From positions 1-41,363 of the forward strand of contig JAIRNW010000055.1 of assembly GCA_031257795.1 (NCBI GenBank): 41,363 nucleotides of DNA, read 5' to 3'. The position numbers and the translations under genes are program-made. The DNA is from Holosporales bacterium (GTDB lineage Bacteria; Pseudomonadota; Alphaproteobacteria; BNTO01). Shown here piece by piece: positions 7,718 to 16,982 of the stretch. Every line of letters starts with the position of its first letter. The first letter of the stretch is position 1. Below the pieces are notes generated by a model. That model made no database searches, was not told the origin of the DNA, and saw nothing but the letters and a program-made list of their open reading frames with translations.

Positions 7718-8857
7718 CTACTGAGAGGCTAACGGCATAAGCGCAAAATAGACCCCGTCGATCCCAACCGGCCTGACAGAAACCGCCGTATCCGGATTGG
7801 TCAACAAAATCTCCATCTCGCTGCTGGCGATGTGCTGAGCCACGTCAAGCAGGTATTTCGCATCAAAGCTCAGGTTCATCTCGCTTCCGTCATCGTAATC
7901 AACATCTATGTCCTCTGCTGCCGAACCAGCAGCGCTCCCAACTGCAGAGCAGCGGAGCAAGTTTCTCGACACGCTCACTTTAATAACGCGCGACTTCTCG
8001 CTGATAACCGTTCCAACCCTGTCGATCAACTCGGCAAAAGCTTTCGCCGCCACGACAATCCTCTTGTCATGCTTGATATTCAAAACCGCGCTGTATTCCG
8101 GAAAAGACCCATCAATCAGGCGGGAACCAATAGTGATCCGGCTTTTCTCGAACCTCGCCGCAAGCTCGATGCGCGTGTCAGAAACCGAGAGAGAAACCGG
8201 CTCAATCGCCTCGTCAAGCAGCCTAGAAAATTCGCCAATCGTCTTCTTGCTCACTATAATCGATGACATCTCAGCTGCGCCGTCCGGCCCGTCAACCTCC
8301 ACACTAGCCAAGCGATGGCGGTCAGTCGCAACGGCTCGAAGCTTTCCAACTGTCGCGTCGTACGAAAAATTTATTCCATTTAGCGCGTATCTCATCTCAT
8401 CATTCGACGTGGCAAAGCGCACCGTTTCTATCATGTTTTTCAAAACTAAAGCCGGCAAAACAAAGGAGCAGCTAAAAGTGCTACCATCCTGCAAAATCAA
8501 AGGGAACTCGTCCGACGAAATGCACGGAATTTCAAATTTCGAGCGCCCAGAAGACAGAATAACCTGCGCGAGGTCATTGTTGAAAGCGATGTTGACGGTA
8601 GAGTTTGGCTTCAGTTTCCGCAATATTTCGTAGGTTAAGACTGTGGGAACGCATATGCTCCCCTCTTGCACAATATCAGCAGCAATGGTTTCCGAGAGAG
8701 CCATATCCATGTCGGTTGAAACCAGTGTGACAACTCCATCCTTCGCCCGCAGCAGAGTGTGGCCTAGGATCAACAAGGTGGTCTTCCTTTCTATCACGCC
8801 CTGACTATGCACAAAGGCCCTGAAAAGAGTATCGCGATTAACCTGTACGTGCATCAT
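7718..8857 (-). CDS. dnaN: DNA polymerase III beta sliding clamp
   Basis: Full-length DnaN-like 379 aa (VNRDTLFRAF..GVIERKTTLLILGHTLL.. three-domain length). aggagg SD upstream. No dnaA, recF or gyrB adjacent. Confidence 0.93.
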   Translation of the reverse strand: MMHVQVNRDTLFRAFVHSQGVIERKTTLLILGHTLLRAKDGVVTLVSTDMDMALSETIAADIVQEGSICVPTVLTYEILRKLKPNSTVNIAFNNDLAQVILSSGRSKFEIPCISSDEFPLILQDGSTFSCSFVLPALVLKNMIETVRFATSNDEMRYALNGINFSYDATVGKLRAVATDRHRLASVEVDGPDGAAEMSSIIVSKKTIGEFSRLLDEAIEPVSLSVSDTRIELAARFEKSRITIGSRLIDGSFPEYSAVLNIKHDKRIVVAAKAFAELIDRVGTVISEKSRVIKVSVSRNLLRCSAVGSAAGSAAEDIDVDYDDGSEMNLSFDAKYLLDVAQHIASSEMEILLTNPDTAVSVRPVGIDGVYFALMPLASQ

Positions 8858-8938
8858 TCCTCCTGTCTTCGTTCATAGTTTCCGCACTTCGTAACACGTC
8901 GTATGTCTATCAAAAGGGATTGTACTATATTTTTCATT

Positions 8939-8966
8939 ATACCCAGTCACAAAAAGTTTGACGCTT
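8939..8966. repeat. solo family-B terminus
   Basis: atacccagtcacaaaaagtttgacg matches the B-family terminal inverted repeat. Confidence 0.6.
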
Positions 8967-9058
8967 CCTAGCCACTGAAAAAATGCGGGAACACTGCTCA
9001 ACACCATACATGCCTCAGCTGCAAAATTATTCATCTGGGCGTATGAAGTACATAATAA

Positions 9059-9133
9059 GTTAACAGCGCTGTCTTAATAAATCGCACCGAATAAAAGCGG
9101 AAGAATAAACCAGAGATTTTTGGAATCGTGGGG
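9059..9133. repeat. 75-bp repeat, probable solo IS end (copy 2)
   Basis: Near-identical to 944..1018. No transposase adjacent. Confidence 0.7.
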
Positions 9134-9299
9134 CATTGAGAAAACACTGTACTTGAATTTTACTGACGCGCTACAAGCATTGTCATGAAGACGCAAATTC
9201 TCACACCGCAGGAATTGGCTATCCAAAGCCACAAAAAGATTCATGAGTGCGTCGCTATTTTTGTTGTAATGCTCAGTAAACTTCAGCTATACCCGATCA

Positions 9300-10832
9300 G
9301 TGGTTGTTGAGTCGTTGTGGCCAAGGCGGTCAGTTCTCTGTGTCCTTGGGGAGAGGGAGGTTGTGCCTAATAGAACCTACGGGTTGTTAGCCGGACTAGA
9401 TATTGGCACGGAAAAGATTTGTTGCGCGATCGGCGGGTTGTCATACGAGCTGCCGGGTGATTCCGCGGTTAGTGCGGCGGACGGCGACCCATCGGTGGAA
9501 TACGACGCTTACGCGGAACAGCAAGTAACTCACTGGGTCATCGATCCATCGCTTCCCTTAAACAGCGCGCAAGCAGCTCCTCTACTCTTCGACGAATATT
9601 CAGCCTCCGATTCTTCCGCATACGCGCCCTTGCAAAGAGAAAGTATCCAAGACACAGCGCAAACTCAAAACTCTTCCCCATGGAAAATAGAGCTGCTCGG
9701 CTTCGGGCAACACGCCTCCTGCGGCGTTGGGCCCAATGGGATCACTAATATTGATCTGCTCGAAGGGGCTGTGTTAAGCGCGGTGTATGCTGCAGAAGAA
9801 ACGGCAAAAAAGAACATTAAGGATGTGTACATTAATGTTCCGGTAAATTTAATCAAAACATACAAGGTGCAGACCAGCATTTCGCTATCCGGGCAAAACC
9901 CCGTTCAAACCGCGCACATGCGTAAATTATTCAGCCTTTCCAAGAGCCTCCAAGTTCCGCCATCGCAGCATATCATCCACATTTGGCCGCTATCGTACAA
10001 GCTGGACGACATGGATCACATAGCGGACCCCGTTGGAATGATCGGAAAGGATCTGTCTGCCCTATGCTACATCGTTACCGCCCCGAAATCGTACATCACT
10101 AACGTTACGCGTTGCGTTGGCAAGTGCAATCTTGACGTCGCCGGTTTTGTGGCTGATGTGTATGCGGACGGCTTGGCCTGCTTGGCGGACGATGAGGCGG
10201 AGCTCGGGGCCACTCTTGTGAATATCGGCGGCAAAGTAACACAGATCGCGTGCTTTTCGCACGGGAATTTGGTCTGGATGGATTCGGCGGCGATTGGCGG
10301 CTTTCACATTACGTCTGATCTGGCCCGCATTTTGTCCACCACGATTCCGCAGGCGGAAAGGATGAAAACGCTGTATGGGGGGCTTTTGGAGTCGTCCAAG
10401 AAGTCTTTTGAGCAAGTTCCCTTTTCGCAAATCGCCAACAAAAATTCGCCGTCAATTGAATATGTTCCAAGGAGCCTTGTTTTGGACGTAATAAAGGCGC
10501 GCTTGGATGATATTTTCGATTGGATAATCGCTGTGACGAGGAAAATTCCCGCGAACATCGACAAAGCAGTTTTGCAGAAAGTTGTTTTCACTGGTGGATC
10601 TTGCGGTTTTCACGGACTCACTGAATTTGCCGAGCAAAGACTTGGTGTGAATGTACGAGTCTCTCCGCAAAATGGCATTTTGGGCGTTGATCGCATACTA
10701 AATTCAACGGCGATCTCGACTTGCTCTGGGCTTTTGCATTATGCGGCGAGCGAGTATATAGGAGAGAAAAATGACAAGAAGCCACTGAATTTTTGGCAGA
10801 AGATGTCGTTGTGGTTGAATGAGCATCTCTAG
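9300..10832 (+). CDS. ftsA: cell division protein FtsA with a large N-terminal-domain insertion
   Basis: GLDIGTEKICCAIG actin-fold phosphate-1 motif, later VFTGGSCGFHGL. The start is uncertain: GTG 9300 or GTG 9363, the latter preceded by gggagagggagg. An insert of about 81 aa lies at 9441..9683. Confidence 0.85.
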   Translation: MVVESLWPRRSVLCVLGEREVVPNRTYGLLAGLDIGTEKICCAIGGLSYELPGDSAVSAADGDPSVEYDAYAEQQVTHWVIDPSLPLNSAQAAPLLFDEYSASDSSAYAPLQRESIQDTAQTQNSSPWKIELLGFGQHASCGVGPNGITNIDLLEGAVLSAVYAAEETAKKNIKDVYINVPVNLIKTYKVQTSISLSGQNPVQTAHMRKLFSLSKSLQVPPSQHIIHIWPLSYKLDDMDHIADPVGMIGKDLSALCYIVTAPKSYITNVTRCVGKCNLDVAGFVADVYADGLACLADDEAELGATLVNIGGKVTQIACFSHGNLVWMDSAAIGGFHITSDLARILSTTIPQAERMKTLYGGLLESSKKSFEQVPFSQIANKNSPSIEYVPRSLVLDVIKARLDDIFDWIIAVTRKIPANIDKAVLQKVVFTGGSCGFHGLTEFAEQRLGVNVRVSPQNGILGVDRILNSTAISTCSGLLHYAASEYIGEKNDKKPLNFWQKMSLWLNEHL

Positions 10833-11607
10833 TGCGGGGAATGGTGCGCAGTCACGACTTTATTCGACGAAGAAAAGACCAATCAGCGTTCTGTTGTTTA
10901 GTGGGGAGAGTACAGGTAGAGAAGACCACAGGGAACACAAGGTGAAAACATTTCCATCGTTTGAATACGAGCAGAGATTTGCCTCGCAAATTGTTGTGGG
11001 GATAGATGAGGCCGGGCGCGGGCCGTGGGCTGGGCCGGTTGTTGCTGCGGCGGTGATTGTGCTAGATAAGGAGGCTTTTCTAAATTTGTTTTCTGAAATC
11101 AATGATTCGAAAAAGCTCTCTGGCGTGAGGCGAAAATATTTTTTCGATAAGTTAACTGAGGCAGATTGCGTTCTGCAGTGCACGGGAAGCGCGACGGTTG
11201 AGGAGATTGATTCGCTTAATATTTTAAACGCAACTTTGCTTGCGATGCGCAGGGCTTATTTAGGTCTATGTGAAAGCGCAGCAAAAACAGAATTACCCCA
11301 AATCACCGGAAAAAGCATAATATTGGTCGATGGGAATAAGGCAATTGACGCCGGAGTGCCGTGCTATCCTATAATAAAGGGAGATAGCAAAAGTTATAGT
11401 ATCGCTTCTGCCTCAATTATTGCTAAAGTTTCGCGAGATGGGGTTATGAGCGAACTTGCAAAGGATTCCCCGCAATATCACTGGGAAAAGAACGCGGGCT
11501 ACGGAACTAAGGAGCATCAAGAGGCGATTGCGAAGTACGGAATTACCGTGCATCACAGAAAAAGCTACGCCCCTATTGCAAAGTTGTTGAGGCAAGCCGC
11601 TTTTTAA
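10819..11607 (+). CDS. rnhB: ribonuclease HII
   Basis: VGIDEAGRGPWAGPVVAAAV catalytic motif, DSKKLS, and IIKGDSKSYSIASASIIAKV. The true start may be the internal GTG at 10942, because the N-terminal about 40 aa are not RNase HII-like. Confidence 0.9.
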   Translation: MSISSAGNGAQSRLYSTKKRPISVLLFSGESTGREDHREHKVKTFPSFEYEQRFASQIVVGIDEAGRGPWAGPVVAAAVIVLDKEAFLNLFSEINDSKKLSGVRRKYFFDKLTEADCVLQCTGSATVEEIDSLNILNATLLAMRRAYLGLCESAAKTELPQITGKSIILVDGNKAIDAGVPCYPIIKGDSKSYSIASASIIAKVSRDGVMSELAKDSPQYHWEKNAGYGTKEHQEAIAKYGITVHHRKSYAPIAKLLRQAAF

Positions 11608-11726
11608 ATATAGCCGGCCACCGAAAGTTTGTTGGCCAGTCGATCCGGTTCGGCAGGAGCAGTACGTTGAGTACAGCTCTGCGGCTCCGTGTCTCCTGGC
11701 CACAGTTCAATTGTAATTGGCTATAT
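11608..11726. repeat. family-B-like palindromic element
   Basis: Termini atatagcc...ggctatat. Starts immediately after the rnhB stop. The interior is homologous to the murC insert. Confidence 0.85.
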
Positions 11727-11772
11727 TGCCTTTTTGCAGCTATAACGATACACTGGTGTAGTTAGGTGTTTC

Positions 11773-11843
11773 GGCCGAGTGGCAGAATGGCTATGCAGAA
11801 GACTGCAAATCTTTGTATGTCGGTTCAATTCCGGCCTCGGCCT
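11773..11843 (+). tRNA. tRNA-Cys (GCA)
   Basis: Manual cloverleaf: acceptor ggccgag/ctcggcc; anticodon stem gaaga/tcttt with loop ctGCAaa; T-arm gtcgg-ttcaatt-ccggc. Discriminator U73 is typical of tRNA-Cys. No encoded CCA. Confidence 0.88.
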
Positions 11844-11851
11844 CGTGACTT

Positions 11852-12553
11852 ATGGACATCACATTACGTAACGCCATAAAAACGCTAGCGAAGTTACCTG
11901 GACTTGGTCCACGCTCATCGCAACGTGCCATCTTGTTCGCTATAAAAGACGACTTTTTGTTGTTAGATTTGCTGATAAGCGACCTGCAGTGCGTCCGCAA
12001 TTCCCTAAAGAAATGCCGGATTTGCGGGAATTTCGGTACAAGTGATATTTGCGATATTTGCGGAGACAGCAAACGAGACGCACACCTGCTCTGCGTGGTT
12101 GAGAGCGTCGCCGATTTGTGGGCGATAGAGCGCTCGCAAATTTACCGCGGACGCTATCATGTTTTGGACGGCGTGTTGTCGGCAATCGAGGGAGTCGGGC
12201 CAGCTCAGCTCAATATGCAATCGTTACTACGCAGGTTCGACGACACACAACACCAGCGAGGAGCTGGAGACGCCGCGGAAGGCGGCGGGACGGCTATCTC
12301 AGAGGTTGTGATCGCTCTGAATGCAACGATCGACGGGCAAACAACGTTGCATTATGTGGTAAATTTGCTCAAAGATAAGAAGCTCAAGATTTCGTCTTTG
12401 GCTCACGGCATCCCAATTGGAGGAGAGCTGAATTATCTGGATGAGGGGACATTGTCCACGGCATTTTTGGATAGGCACGACGTACAACAGTTTAATGGCT
12501 CCGCTCACGATATTCCGGACCACGCGTATCAGTTGGTTCGTCGCTCGGCCTGA
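11852..12553 (+). CDS. recR: recombination protein RecR
   Basis: LPGLGPRSSQR helix-hairpin-helix, C4 zinc finger CRICGNFGTSDICDIC, and Toprim VVESVADLWAIE. Carries an extra acidic/Gly insert and a C-terminal extension. Confidence 0.93.
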   Translation: MDITLRNAIKTLAKLPGLGPRSSQRAILFAIKDDFLLLDLLISDLQCVRNSLKKCRICGNFGTSDICDICGDSKRDAHLLCVVESVADLWAIERSQIYRGRYHVLDGVLSAIEGVGPAQLNMQSLLRRFDDTQHQRGAGDAAEGGGTAISEVVIALNATIDGQTTLHYVVNLLKDKKLKISSLAHGIPIGGELNYLDEGTLSTAFLDRHDVQQFNGSAHDIPDHAYQLVRRSA

Positions 12554-12582
12554 GCGGGACATCATAATTTTACAAGAGGAAT

Positions 12583-14337
12583 ATGACAAAACGTTACTTA
12601 GTTACCAGCGCGCTTCCGTACATAAACGGCATCAAGCATCTCGGGAACCTCATAGGCTCCATTCTCCCCGCGGACGTGTATGCCCGCTTTCTGCGGCAAT
12701 GCGGAAAGGAAGTTCTGCACATCTGCGGAACGGACGAGCACGGAACTCCCGCAGAAATCGCCGCGCAAGAGGCCAACCTTCCCGTACCGCAATATTGCGA
12801 GGAAATGCACAAGACGCAAAAGGAAATTTACGAAAAATTTGACATATCTTTCGACTTTTTCGGCCGCACGTCGTCCCGCTCTAACCATATTCTAACAACC
12901 CAGATATTCAAGGAATTGTACAAAAATGGCTACATAAGCGAGCAGGAAATTTCCCAATATTACTCAGAGGCCGACAAACGCTTCCTCCCAGACAGGTACG
13001 TTGAAGGGACGTGCCCACACTGCGGCTACCAAAAAGCTCGCGGCGACCAGTGCGATGGCTGCAGCGCTTTGTTGAACCCGGAGGACCTGAAGGACCCTTA
13101 TTCCGCAATAAGCGGCTCGCACGATGTGGAGCTCAGGCGGGTTAAGCACTTTTTCTTAGATATGCCTAAGTTAGAGCCGCTGGTGACGAAGTGGATTGAG
13201 CAGCAGAAGGAGTGGTCTGACGTTGTGCGTGGGGTTGCCAGGAAATGGATTAGCGAAGGGCTGCAGCAGCGTTGTATTACGCGCAATTTAAAATGGGGAA
13301 TTAAGGTCCCCAACGATCTTCCGGCGCTACACGCAATTTCGCAAATAGATCCTTCCAACGAAGAGGACGCAGAAGACAAAGTCTTTTACGTGTGGTTTGA
13401 CGCCCCGAACGGCTACATCAGCATCACACAGGATTGGGCTATAAACTCCGGCGATCAGGAAGCCTGGAAGAAATGGTGGCAACCAGACAACGAGAATGAT
13501 GTGTTTTATGTGGAGTTTATGGCAAAGGACAACGTCCCTTTCCACACAGTTTTCTGGCCCTCCATTTTGTTCGGGCTTGACACGGACTTCAAAAAAGTCG
13601 ACGACATCAAGGGCTTCCACTGGCTCACGTACGAGCACGGGAAATTCTCAACAAGCCAGCAGCGCGGCGTGTTTACCGATACGGCCTTGGAATTGTATCC
13701 AGCCGATTACTGGCGCTATTTCTTGCTGGCTAATTGCCCGGAGGGGGCTGATTCGGATTTTTCTTTCGCTTTGTTTGCTTCTGTTGTTAACAAAGACTTG
13801 GCGGATATCTTGGGGAATTTTGCGTCGAGGGTTGTGGCGCTGCAAAAGAAGTATTTTGGGTTGGTTGTGCAATCTGAATTAACAGACGCAACTATAGACC
13901 GGGAGCTTGAGGCAAAAGCCACGAAGATAGCGCAAAATATTGCTTGTTTGCTTTCTGAAAGGAAGTTCAGGGCGGCCACGACTGGACTGCGGTCTTTGTG
14001 GGTGTTGGGGAATGAGTATATAACCCAGAAAAGCCCGTGGTTTGTGCTTCCTGAGGACTTGGAGCAAGGCGGGGTGATATTGACGCATTGTCTGCATTTG
14101 CTTAGAACATTCGCCGTAGCGAACCTTCCTTTTATTCCGTCGACGGCGCGGAAAATTGTGCAGTTGCTGAATGACGAGGAAAGCGCGGTCAGCTCAACAA
14201 AAATTGATGAGAGCGTGAACTTTAAGTATTTCAAAAAAGGACACGCCGTGAGGGAAGTTGGGATCTTGTTTGAGAAGATCGACGAAAAGACTGTGCAGGC
14301 GCTGACGGCGAGGTTTAATGGTGGGAGCAATACCTAA
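12583..14337 (+). CDS. metG: methionine--tRNA ligase
   Basis: SALPYINGIKHLGN (HIGH-type), CPHCGYQKARGDQCDGC zinc knuckle, and KFSTSQ (KMSKS-type). Confidence 0.95.
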   Translation: MTKRYLVTSALPYINGIKHLGNLIGSILPADVYARFLRQCGKEVLHICGTDEHGTPAEIAAQEANLPVPQYCEEMHKTQKEIYEKFDISFDFFGRTSSRSNHILTTQIFKELYKNGYISEQEISQYYSEADKRFLPDRYVEGTCPHCGYQKARGDQCDGCSALLNPEDLKDPYSAISGSHDVELRRVKHFFLDMPKLEPLVTKWIEQQKEWSDVVRGVARKWISEGLQQRCITRNLKWGIKVPNDLPALHAISQIDPSNEEDAEDKVFYVWFDAPNGYISITQDWAINSGDQEAWKKWWQPDNENDVFYVEFMAKDNVPFHTVFWPSILFGLDTDFKKVDDIKGFHWLTYEHGKFSTSQQRGVFTDTALELYPADYWRYFLLANCPEGADSDFSFALFASVVNKDLADILGNFASRVVALQKKYFGLVVQSELTDATIDRELEAKATKIAQNIACLLSERKFRAATTGLRSLWVLGNEYITQKSPWFVLPEDLEQGGVILTHCLHLLRTFAVANLPFIPSTARKIVQLLNDEESAVSSTKIDESVNFKYFKKGHAVREVGILFEKIDEKTVQALTARFNGGSNT

Positions 14338-14865
14338 CTTTCTTTCAAAAAGCTGGAACACATCGACAAAGCTTGGGAGTTTTTGGCGCCAAGTGAGCAA
14401 TGCAAGGTTATGCAGGACTTTGTGCATACGGTTTGGCTGAGCAGGCAAGGTGTGACGATTGAGTTTGCTGCAGCGCCCAACGAAACCAACCACGTCGTAA
14501 CAATAGATGGGAGTTTTTACAACAGAAAGAATCAATCGCAGGTGTTTGTGAAGCGCGAAGGACCGAATGAACCGAAAGATCCTGTGATATTGAAGGCGCT
14601 GGTATTTGCTGAAATTTGGCAAGGGCAGCTTGACGCTGGGAAATTTCGAACGCATGAAGAAATTGCCCAAGCCTACAACGTCGACAAAGAATATGTGCAG
14701 CGCGGATTGTTTTTGGCGATGCTATCTCCTCAAATAAAATCCGCGATAATCCGCGGAAAACTTCATCCGCAATGGCGCCTACAAGATTTTAAGCGCAAAC
14801 GCCCATCGCCAGATTGGCGCAAGCAAAAATCTGTGTTTTTATTTGAGGACGCAATCATAAAATGA
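14338..14865 (+). pseudogene. C-terminal remnant of a large serine recombinase
   Basis: The frame is open from directly after the metG stop. KAWEFLAPSEQCKVMQDFVHTVWLSRQGVTIEF and ..YVQRGLFLAMLSPQIKSAIIRGKLHPQWRLQDF resemble conserved C-terminal blocks of alphaproteobacterial recombinase-family proteins (..W..L.P.EQ......L.ERV... and ..L.LAPDIV.AIL.G.QP..L). No N-terminal catalytic Ser domain is present. Confidence 0.6.
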
Positions 14866-14869
14866 ATTA

Positions 14870-14957
14870 CCAGCAGGAGCCTCGAAGCACAGGCGCCGAG
14901 CTGTACTAAACGTACTGTTCAAGCCGAGCATCGAAGCGACGAACTGGGAAACATTTT
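14870..14957. repeat. repeat core copy without clean termini
   Basis: ccagcaggagcctcgaagcacaggcgccgagctgtactaaacgtactgttcaagccgagcatcgaagcgacgaactggg is homologous to the interior of 17176..17297. Confidence 0.75.
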
Positions 14958-15040
14958 ATGATTGCGTCTTGTAGGTCACGGGTTCCACCCAAACCTTGGT
15001 TCATTGCGAGTCTCCGGGCACAGGTGGGGAAAATATCGGT

Positions 15041-15177
15041 CAAAATAGTCTCCAACTCAAGGCTAACCAAGGCATACACGGTTTTGAACGGAGACCATTT
15101 TTAACCTACTGGTGTGGAGAATATTAGTCTCCGTTTTCGGAAAAATTGGGCATCAGTAGGTTGCGGAGACTATTTTG
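15041..15177. repeat. cluster of short inverted repeats built on the tagtctcc/ggagacta motif
   Basis: 13-bp perfect inverted repeat caaaatagtctcc (15041-15053) / ggagactattttg (15165-15177). aacggagac (15087-95) / gtctccgtt (15127-35). aacctactg (15103-11) / cagtaggtt (15154-62). Confidence 0.7.
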
Positions 15178-15182
15178 CTGAT

Positions 15183-15394
15183 TTTTAGTTACTACTCAGC
15201 TATCCACCAACCCCCTAAAAGCCTTGATATTGCTGGCTAACAGTCGCATCCAACGCTTCGATAATTGCTAAAAATGGCCAATTTCTTCGCCTATTCCCCT
15301 CCTTTTTTGCGATGCACAAAAAATGTGAGTCATCATTAACTAGCAATATCAAGGCTTTGGGTTGGCTGACGGATAGGTGAGTAGTAACAAAAAG
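15183..15394. repeat. imperfect ~58-bp inverted repeat flanking a ~96-bp spacer
   Basis: The left arm tttttagttactactcagctatccaccaaccccctaaaagccttgatattgctggctaa pairs with the right arm ttaactagcaatatcaaggctttgggttggctgacggataggtgagtagtaacaaaaa. About 48 of 58 positions match, with one indel. Confidence 0.75.
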
Positions 15395-15509
15395 TGATCA
15401 TATTTTGTTGCTTTTTTTATGCGTAGGCCCTGTGGCCATGAACTCGGTATAGACGCTGTGCGAACAAATTTGCTAGCCTGGCTCGTAGGTTTTTTGCGTT
15501 TGGAGTCAG

Positions 15510-16982
15510 ATGGTAAGCTCTTTATTTTTGTACAATAGTCTCTCTCGTTTGAAAGAGAAGTTCGTTCCCCTATCAGACCAGCGCGTGACCATGTACGTTT
15601 GCGGGCCAACGGTTTACGATTTCGCGCACTTGGGCAATGCCCGAGCTATGGTCGCCTTCGACATATTGTACAGGGTCCTGCTGCACGAGTACAAAAACGT
15701 CACGTTCGTGAGAAATATCACAGATATTGATGACAAAATTTACGCAGCAAGCCTCGAGAAAAAGTGTTCATTCCTCGAAATCTCAGCAAAATTCGATGCC
15801 GAGTTTCAGCGGGACATGTGCTCTCTGAATGTTCTGGAGCCAACTTATCAACCGCACGCCACGGCCTTCATCCCTCAAATGCTGGAGATGATTGGCGCCC
15901 TGATACAGAAAGGATTCGCCTACGAACACAGCGGCCACGTTTTATTTGCAGTTAGCAAATTCCCTGATTATGGCAAATTATCGCTCAAAAACAGAGACGA
16001 ACTGATCGCCGGGGCTCGCGTTGAAGTGGCCCCTTACAAGCAGGACGCGTGCGATTTCGTTTTATGGAAGCCGTCTTCGGACGAAATGCCCGGATGGGAC
16101 AGCCCATACGGCCGCGGGCGCCCTGGTTGGCACATAGAATGCTCCGCTATGAGCGCCCACTATCTCGGCAAAGTGTTTGATATACACGCCGGCGGCGTAG
16201 ATCTGATTTTTCCGCATCACGAAAATGAAGTCGCGCAGAGTAGGTGCGCCTGGGGAACTGACCGTATGGCGAATTTCTGGCTGCATAACGGGCATCTCAT
16301 CGTTGAAGGGAAGAAGATGTCGAAGTCGCTTGGGAATTTTTTCACGGTGAGGGAGATCCTGCAAAAGTATCATCCGGAGGCCGTGCGCCTAACGTTTTTG
16401 CAGACGCATTACAGGCAGCCGTTGGATTGGAGCTCTTCAGCGATTGAGCAGGCAAAACTTTTACTAAACAAATGGTACAGAGTTATAGAAAAATTTGAAC
16501 AAAAGGCGGATTTTGCGGAGTTGTTTGAAGGCGAGGTAGAGTGGGATGACGCTATTGCTGTGAAAGCGGCCAGCTTTTTTGAGGCCATGAATGATGATTT
16601 GAACACGCCGCTTGCTTTGCAGAGTTTTGCAAGGTTAGTTAAGCATTTGGATGAGGTGAGTTCGGGGGCACAGCGGGACGGAGAGCTTGAGGCGGTGAGA
16701 TTGGAATTGAGGGCGGTTCTGTACTGCGCCAAGGTGTTGGGCTTGCTGACTGTGCGAGCTGTAGAGTGGTTTAGGTATTCCCCTGTTAATGCAGGAGACG
16801 GCGCTGGCACTTTGGATGGAGGTGTTCTCAGCAACGAAGACGTGGAGGCGAAACTACAAGAAAGGCAAAACGCGCGGGCAAACAAGGATTTCCGCAAGGC
16901 GGACCGCATAAGAGAGGAACTGGAGCGTGCCGGAATCGTGATTGAGGATTCAGAAAGAGAGACTAAGTGGAGACGTCTTTAG
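15510..16982 (+). CDS. cysS: cysteine--tRNA ligase
   Basis: CGPTVYDFAHLGNAR (HIGH) and KMSKSLGN. Full length, 490 aa. The stop codon TAG lies inside the first bases of the downstream repeat. Confidence 0.95.
   Translation: MVSSLFLYNSLSRLKEKFVPLSDQRVTMYVCGPTVYDFAHLGNARAMVAFDILYRVLLHEYKNVTFVRNITDIDDKIYAASLEKKCSFLEISAKFDAEFQRDMCSLNVLEPTYQPHATAFIPQMLEMIGALIQKGFAYEHSGHVLFAVSKFPDYGKLSLKNRDELIAGARVEVAPYKQDACDFVLWKPSSDEMPGWDSPYGRGRPGWHIECSAMSAHYLGKVFDIHAGGVDLIFPHHENEVAQSRCAWGTDRMANFWLHNGHLIVEGKKMSKSLGNFFTVREILQKYHPEAVRLTFLQTHYRQPLDWSSSAIEQAKLLLNKWYRVIEKFEQKADFAELFEGEVEWDDAIAVKAASFFEAMNDDLNTPLALQSFARLVKHLDEVSSGAQRDGELEAVRLELRAVLYCAKVLGLLTVRAVEWFRYSPVNAGDGAGTLDGGVLSNEDVEAKLQERQNARANKDFRKADRIREELERAGIVIEDSERETKWRRL

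Noticed and set aside
7463-7724. Arg-rich ORFs (7463-7684 minus, 7518-7724 plus) between murC and dnaN
   Set aside because: They lie entirely within a mosaic palindromic repeat and mirror each other on both strands, which is typical of spurious ORFs in palindromes.
8858-9299. Possible replication origin or DnaA boxes next to dnaN
   Set aside because: Only weak matches to TTATCCACA are present (for example ctatccaaa near 9213). There is no cluster, no dnaA gene and no evident AT-rich unwinding element, and the spacer is largely repeat fragments.
15349-15609. 86-aa minus-strand ORF overlapping the cysS start
   Set aside because: It spans the right arm of the 58-bp inverted repeat and runs antisense into cysS. 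It has no motif or start signal.
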